A model generated the notes under the pieces. That model was given only the letters and a program-made list of their open reading frames with translations. It had not been told where the DNA came from and did not search any database. Below are positions 59,297-64,000 of a stretch of 64,000 nucleotides of DNA, piece after piece. The position numbers and the translations under genes were made by a program. Source of the DNA: Alphaproteobacteria bacterium (GTDB taxonomy: Bacteria > Pseudomonadota > Alphaproteobacteria > Puniceispirillales > Puniceispirillaceae); contig JADHOL010000006.1 in assembly GCA_016779005.1 (NCBI GenBank), positions 32,929 through 96,928 of the forward strand. Direction: 5' to 3'. Positions within the stretch are counted from its first letter, which is position 1. Each line of letters opens with the position of its first letter.

Positions 59297-60589
59297 ATGC
59301 TTCAAAAATTTTTCAAACTTGATGAGAATAATACAACTGCACGAATAGAAATAATTGCTGGAATAAGCACCTTTTTTACACTTGCATTCATAATTGCAGT
59401 TAACCCAGCCATATTATCAGATGCCGGGATAGATTTTGCAGCTGGATTTGTTGCCACCATTATGGCCTCTGCTTTAGGTTGTTTTATTATTGGCATTTGG
59501 GCTGGATGGCCAGTTGCAATCGCGCCAGGAATGGGCCTTAACGCCTATTTTGCGTATGTTGTTGTGTTAGGTCACGGGTTTAGCTGGCAACAGGCACTTG
59601 CTGCCGTTTTTGTTTCCTCAGTTTTATTTTTCTTATTCTCATTGTCAAAAGCACGAAGCTGGTTAATTTTATCAATTCCGAAATCTCTTCAAGCTGGCAT
59701 TACGGCAGGTATTGGAATGTTCCTAGCTATGATCGGACTAACCAGTGCTGGGATCATTGTGGATAATCCAGATACCCTTATTGGAATTGGTGACTTTACC
59801 CAAGCACCTGTATTGTTGTCTTTCATTGGATTAATTTTTATGGCAGGCCTTAGTTATCGTGGACTCACAGGCGCCATTTTATTATCCATCCTAGTAATTA
59901 GCGCTATTGGCTGGTCAATGGGATTAGCAGATATTGGGGGCATAGCAAGCATGCCGCCTATAGCAACTGCCGCATTCTCATTAGATTTTTCCGCAATTGC
60001 ATCTGCTGGGTTCTTATCTGTTGTATTTGTCATGTTTTTTGTTGATTTTTTTGATACCACCGGAACACTTACCGCCATTGCAGAACCTGCCAAATTGCGT
60101 CAGCCTGATGGCACCATAAAAAATTTAGATAAAGCTGTACTTGCCGATACATCTGCCAGTATTTTTGGAAGCTTGCTTGGAACTTCTAACATGACAACGT
60201 ATCTAGAGAGCGCAGCTGGCCTTAAAGCTGGTGGGCGAACAGGTCTGACAGCTGTTACCGTGGGCGTATTATTTCTATCTTGTCTCTTTTTTGAACCGTT
60301 TTTCGCGTCTATCCCAAGCTTTGCAACAGCGCCAGCCTTGATTTTTGTCGCTGCCGCGTTTTTAAGCAGCTTAAAAAACGTGAACTGGGATGATATGAGT
60401 GAGGCATTACCTGTTTTGGTGATTGTGTTAATCATGCCACTTACCTTTTCCATAGCTGCAGGAATAGCATTTGGATTTTTTGCCTATGTAGGCATGAAAA
60501 CACTTGCAGGAGAGCACAAACAACTGCCTACAGGTGTGTGGTTAATCTCCGCTTTTGGACTTATTTGGTTGATTTTAAGTACCCTTTAG
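59297..60589 (+). CDS. NCS2 family permease (AzgA-type adenine/guanine/hypoxanthine)
   Basis: FKLDENNTTARIEIIAGISTFFT N-terminus and overall topology typical of AzgA/PbuG-like purine permeases. Confidence 0.9.
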   Translation: MLQKFFKLDENNTTARIEIIAGISTFFTLAFIIAVNPAILSDAGIDFAAGFVATIMASALGCFIIGIWAGWPVAIAPGMGLNAYFAYVVVLGHGFSWQQALAAVFVSSVLFFLFSLSKARSWLILSIPKSLQAGITAGIGMFLAMIGLTSAGIIVDNPDTLIGIGDFTQAPVLLSFIGLIFMAGLSYRGLTGAILLSILVISAIGWSMGLADIGGIASMPPIATAAFSLDFSAIASAGFLSVVFVMFFVDFFDTTGTLTAIAEPAKLRQPDGTIKNLDKAVLADTSASIFGSLLGTSNMTTYLESAAGLKAGGRTGLTAVTVGVLFLSCLFFEPFFASIPSFATAPALIFVAAAFLSSLKNVNWDDMSEALPVLVIVLIMPLTFSIAAGIAFGFFAYVGMKTLAGEHKQLPTGVWLISAFGLIWLILSTL

Positions 60590-60732
60590 CCATGTAGGAA
60601 AACCATACATGAAACACCACCTCATGAAATAATTGCTCTTGGTTGGAAATTTATGGTATCTGGATTGCTAAATCTTGATTATGTTACGTTGAAACAACCA
60701 TTACCGTGAACGCGTCTTGAATAAAGCTGATT

Positions 60733-61593
60733 ATGGAACAAACCCTAGAGACTTCTAACACTCCTATTTTTTCCTTTGCGAATGGTGAATTACACCCGTT
60801 CCAAAATGGCATCATACGCCAGTTGGAACGTGTCACAGGTCAGCCAAAGATAAAGCGTTTATATCTTGATTATGTAGATGCTAATCGGCCTGACGAACTG
60901 TTCTGGGGTGACGCGTTAGACAGGCTTGGCATTACGATAAATCTGAAAAAAGCTGCCGTGCAGCATATTCCTAAAACAGGCCCTCTTTTGATAATATCTA
61001 ATCACCCGTTTGGTGTGGTAGATGGTATTGCTTTATGCGCGTTAATATCGCAAGTACGCCAAGATTATAAATTAATTACACACCGTGTTCTGCGCCAAGC
61101 ACCTGCTGTAATGGATAAAATTCTTCCGATAGATTTTGACGAGACAGATGAAGCGTTAAAAACTAATCTGGAGACAAGACGCCTTGCAGTGAATGAATTA
61201 CTAAATGGCGGTGTTGTTATTATTTTTCCTTCAGGGGCGATATCACGTGCAAAGCGCTTGGTTGATAAAGCTGTTGACCCGATTTGGAAAAAATTTGTTG
61301 CCAAACTTGCCACACAACCTAACACACAAGTCCTTCCATTCTTTATAGAGGGACAAAACACGCCTGTTTTTCAGTTTGCCATTCAGTGCAGTCAAACTTT
61401 GGGATATTCCCTTATGTTTCGCGAGATCTGTAAGCGTATGTATCGGCCGGTAAATATTCAAATGCGGCCTATATTAACAAATCAAATGATTACGGACATT
61501 ACCGACCGAAATAAACTCGTCGATACATTACGGAATGTTACTTATTTTGGAACAGCTGAGGCATCTGACAGCATAAATAATTCCTTGAAATAA
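60733..61593 (+). CDS. lysophospholipid acyltransferase family protein (PlsC-like)
   Basis: ISNHPFGVVDG acyltransferase motif and IFPSGAIS motif. Confidence 0.8.
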   Translation: MEQTLETSNTPIFSFANGELHPFQNGIIRQLERVTGQPKIKRLYLDYVDANRPDELFWGDALDRLGITINLKKAAVQHIPKTGPLLIISNHPFGVVDGIALCALISQVRQDYKLITHRVLRQAPAVMDKILPIDFDETDEALKTNLETRRLAVNELLNGGVVIIFPSGAISRAKRLVDKAVDPIWKKFVAKLATQPNTQVLPFFIEGQNTPVFQFAIQCSQTLGYSLMFREICKRMYRPVNIQMRPILTNQMITDITDRNKLVDTLRNVTYFGTAEASDSINNSLK

Positions 61594-62219
61594 CGGTTTG
61601 ATATAATAACCAAGTAAGTTCCCTTATTTTGTTCTGATACCCTTATCTGAACGGTTTCTTCACAAGTTACATTAGAGGTACCTATTTGGCTTCCTTGTGA
61701 CATTTGTATATCTGTTAATGGATATAAAAGCCCGGTTGATGATTTAAATCTCACCACCCCAAGAGGCCATAATGATAACCGCTCTTTTATCGGAAGCGAT
61801 ACAGATATATCACTCGACGCTGTAAGAATTACATCCTCCAAGCCATAGAGTAAGACAGGTCTCTTTTGTATATGTTTTTGAATTACATGCAAAGTAGCAA
61901 GAGTATGATCCAACCTTCCCTCTAGGAATCCAAAACAAACATATCCAGATGCATCAACATGCGTTAGAGCTTTTTCAAAGTCCGTTGTTTCTTGCTCTGG
62001 AATTAGCTTGGTTGGTATCTTGTTTGACACGGCATATTCTTGTGCGCGCTTACTTGCAGAATCCATATCCCCCAAAAAGTAATCTGGCTTAAGGGCGTTA
62101 CGCAAACAGGCATCGAGCCCGCCATCCACGGCAATAACAGGCAGGCCCTTTACAAGTTCTGGAATATGGGCAATCGGCCCACCCCCTATCAAAACAGCTC
62201 TTTTATGTGTTTGAAACAT
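61542..62219 (-). CDS. thiN: thiamine pyrophosphokinase
   Basis: VLIGGGP...VIAVDGG...LGDMDS motifs. C-terminal thiamine-binding domain. The 3' end overlaps the convergent acyltransferase by 52 nt. Confidence 0.85.
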   Translation of the reverse strand: MFQTHKRAVLIGGGPIAHIPELVKGLPVIAVDGGLDACLRNALKPDYFLGDMDSASKRAQEYAVSNKIPTKLIPEQETTDFEKALTHVDASGYVCFGFLEGRLDHTLATLHVIQKHIQKRPVLLYGLEDVILTASSDISVSLPIKERLSLWPLGVVRFKSSTGLLYPLTDIQMSQGSQIGTSNVTCEETVQIRVSEQNKGTYLVIISNRYFKELFMLSDASAVPK

Positions 62220-62419
62220 CCTTAATCCTGCACCATATTACATCAAACGAACAATAATCTTATAAATAATTAACTCATATTTACAAAAACTTAAAATTTT
62301 CTGGAAACTGGCACTAATTCAGCATTAAGGGAACCAAGATGACTAAAAACGGGGGATTCATACCCCATAACACAGTATTTAGTCGATTTTATCGGCTCGG
62401 AAATGATACATATTTAAAA

Positions 62420-62890
62420 ATGTTACAGATTATTCTCTACACACCCCAAATACCGCCAAATACAGGCAACATAATTCGTTTATGCGCGAATAGTGACGCA
62501 AGACTACATTTAATAGAACCGTTGGGGTTTTCTCTCGATGAGAAGTCGTGCCGAAGAGCCGGGCTTGACTATAAGTCACTCACAGACGTGATTGTTCATG
62601 AAAATTGGCACGCATGCCAAGAAATGCTATCTGATCGAAAAATTTGGGCCATCACAAAATTTGGCAAAAAACGCTATGATCAAGCAGCGTTTTCAAGCAG
62701 AGACGCCTTATTATTTGGCTCAGAAATAAGCGGCCTGCCTGAAGATATAAAAAACGAATTTAACGAGACAGAACAATTATATTTACCGATGCAGTCTGAG
62801 AGTCGCTCGTTGAACCTATCAAATTCTGTTGCTATCTGCCTTTATGAGGCTTGGCGACAAAATAATTTTATGGGTTCTGATGTTAGTTAG
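62420..62890 (+). CDS. trmL: tRNA (cytidine/uridine34-2'-O)-methyltransferase
   Basis: MLQIILYTPQIPPNTGNIIRLCANS N-terminus of the SpoU/TrmL family. Start moved to the Met at 62420. Confidence 0.9.
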   Translation: MLQIILYTPQIPPNTGNIIRLCANSDARLHLIEPLGFSLDEKSCRRAGLDYKSLTDVIVHENWHACQEMLSDRKIWAITKFGKKRYDQAAFSSRDALLFGSEISGLPEDIKNEFNETEQLYLPMQSESRSLNLSNSVAICLYEAWRQNNFMGSDVS

Positions 62891-62908
62891 GGTGCCTGAA
62901 ATTATCAA

Positions 62909-62958
62909 ATATTACCTAATATTACTTATATATTACCTAACATTACTTATATATTACT
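62909..62958. repeat. 21-bp tandem repeat (2.4 copies) forming a phased ATTAC(C/T) array
   Basis: atattacctaatattacttat / atattacctaacattacttat / atattact. ATTACY starts at 62911, 62921, 62932, 62942 and 62953. Confidence 0.92.
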
Positions 62959-63011
62959 GGCAAAAATAATATCGATAATGTTACTATTATACTGGGAATC
63001 GGAAAATAATT

Positions 63012-64000
63012 ATGATGCAATCTGATACGGAAAACCAAACGCGAACAGGCATCTTGAGCGATATATGTGTGCTTGACCTATCACGCGTTCGCTCTGGGCC
63101 TACTTGTGTGCGTCAATTATGTGACTGGGGTGCCAGAATTATCAAAATAGAGCCTCCAGAAGATACATCAGAAATGGGGGGGCCTCGAGACGGGCCTGAT
63201 TTCCAAAATCTCCACAGAGGTAAAGAAAGTCTTACCCTAAATCTTAAGTCTATTGAGGGCGCAAAAATATTCCAACAGCTGGTGCGGAATTCGGATATTG
63301 TTATTGAAAATTTCAGGCCACAGGTAAAATACAAGCTTGGCCTTGATTATGACACTCTTTGCGACATTAATCCTGCTATTATTCTTGCCTCAATATCTGG
63401 CTTTGGACAAGACGGGCCTTATAAAGACAGACCTGGATTCGACCAAGTTGCACAAGGCATGTCCGGTCTTATGTCAATAACTGGGGAGCCTGGTGCTGGG
63501 CCAATGCGGGTTGGAATTCCACTTGCTGATTTATCAGCAGGATTGTTTGCAGCGCAGGGTATATTACTTGCGCTATATGAGCGTATGAGCTCTGGCAAGG
63601 GGCAATGGGTTCAAACATCACTGCTTCAATCGCAAATCTTTATGCTAGATTTCCAAGCTGCACGTTATGCAATGAATGGTGAAATCCCAGAGCAGGCAGG
63701 AAATAATCATCCAACATCTATCCCAACTGGTGTGTTCAAAACCAAAGATGGATTTATAAATATTGCGGCTTCAGGGGAGGCAATTTGGCAAAAGCTAGCC
63801 ATCGCACTTGGTCATGCTGAATGGATTTCAGAGCCAGAATTTTCAACAGCTCAGGCGCGCTCACAAAACAGATCAAAGCTTGGTGATAAAATAGATGAAT
63901 GCACGAAAACGAAGTCAACTTCAGACTGGATTGCGATATTAAACGATGACGGTGTTCCATGTGGACCGATTTATTCGATAGACGAGATGTTTGCCGACCC
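63012..64000 (+). CDS. CaiB/BaiF family (class III) CoA transferase, 3' end outside the window
   Basis: My translation from the ATG at 63012: MMQSDTENQTRTGILSDICVLDLSRVRSGPTCVRQLCDWGARIIKIEPP...GFDQVAQGMSGLMSITGEPG... is open to the window end. Not in the ORF track, presumably because no stop codon is reached. Confidence 0.9.
   Translation, partial: MMQSDTENQTRTGILSDICVLDLSRVRSGPTCVRQLCDWGARIIKIEPPEDTSEMGGPRDGPDFQNLHRGKESLTLNLKSIEGAKIFQQLVRNSDIVIENFRPQVKYKLGLDYDTLCDINPAIILASISGFGQDGPYKDRPGFDQVAQGMSGLMSITGEPGAGPMRVGIPLADLSAGLFAAQGILLALYERMSSGKGQWVQTSLLQSQIFMLDFQAARYAMNGEIPEQAGNNHPTSIPTGVFKTKDGFINIAASGEAIWQKLAIALGHAEWISEPEFSTAQARSQNRSKLGDKIDECTKTKSTSDWIAILNDDGVPCGPIYSIDEMFAD

Noticed and set aside
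62220-62338. TPP riboswitch in the leader of the thiamine pyrophosphokinase gene
   Set aside because: No CUGAGA or ACCUGAUCUGGAUAAUGCCAGCG-like elements are present on the relevant strand.

Overview
Gene-dense, AT-rich chromosomal segment (about 40% G+C and about 90% coding, both judged by eye, not computed). The core gene content is clearly alphaproteobacterial. In order: atpB (5'-truncated)-atpE-atpF'-atpF; ispH-thrB-rnhA; a ScsB/DsbD-like reductase followed by a Prx5-type peroxiredoxin; yqgE; thrC; SURF1; the aa3 oxidase cluster ctaC-ctaD-ctaB-(46-aa ORF absent from the track)-ctaG-ctaE; tldD; plant-type gshA; rsmE; ubiA; type-2 argC; pmbA with a CX5R phosphatase; the lipid A/Kdo block msbA / DUF374-waaA-lpxK-lpxL-like; xseA; purD; tadA; rluB-rsmD; mutL; ribF-ileS-lspA-lipoprotein; mscS; chaC; iclR; tRNA-Leu(CAA); a frameshifted YraQ/ArsP-type permease; yqaA; dsbB-like; coq7; an HNH protein; an esterase; gluQ; panB-panC-MFS; an FMN glutamate-synthase-like protein; a degenerate Psd homolog; a secreted repeat protein and a small acidic ORF in the only accessory-looking stretch (55.4-57.5 kb); AEC transporter; bioY; NCS2 permease; an acyltransferase; thiamine pyrophosphokinase; trmL; and a 3'-truncated CaiB-type CoA transferase. 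I saw no rRNA, transposase, integrase, prophage, CRISPR array or recognisable defence or secretion island. I cannot point to a convincing novel multi-gene system. The items most worth follow-up are: (1) an orphan promoter-to-terminator module at 49.89-49.99 kb that looks like a ~65-nt sRNA with an exposed CCUCCC anti-Shine-Dalgarno seed; (2) a homopolymer (A7) frameshift splitting the permease next to tRNA-Leu; (3) a Psd homolog that lacks the Gly-Ser self-cleavage site; (4) an unlisted, translationally coupled 46-aa membrane ORF inside the cta operon; (5) convergent gene pairs that repeatedly share the stop palindrome CTAG; (6) many short tandem duplications in intergenic spacers, including a helically phased ATTACY array and a 12-bp x3 repeat abutting the ubiA start codon. 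All functional calls rest on motif and family recognition by eye. No database search was run.
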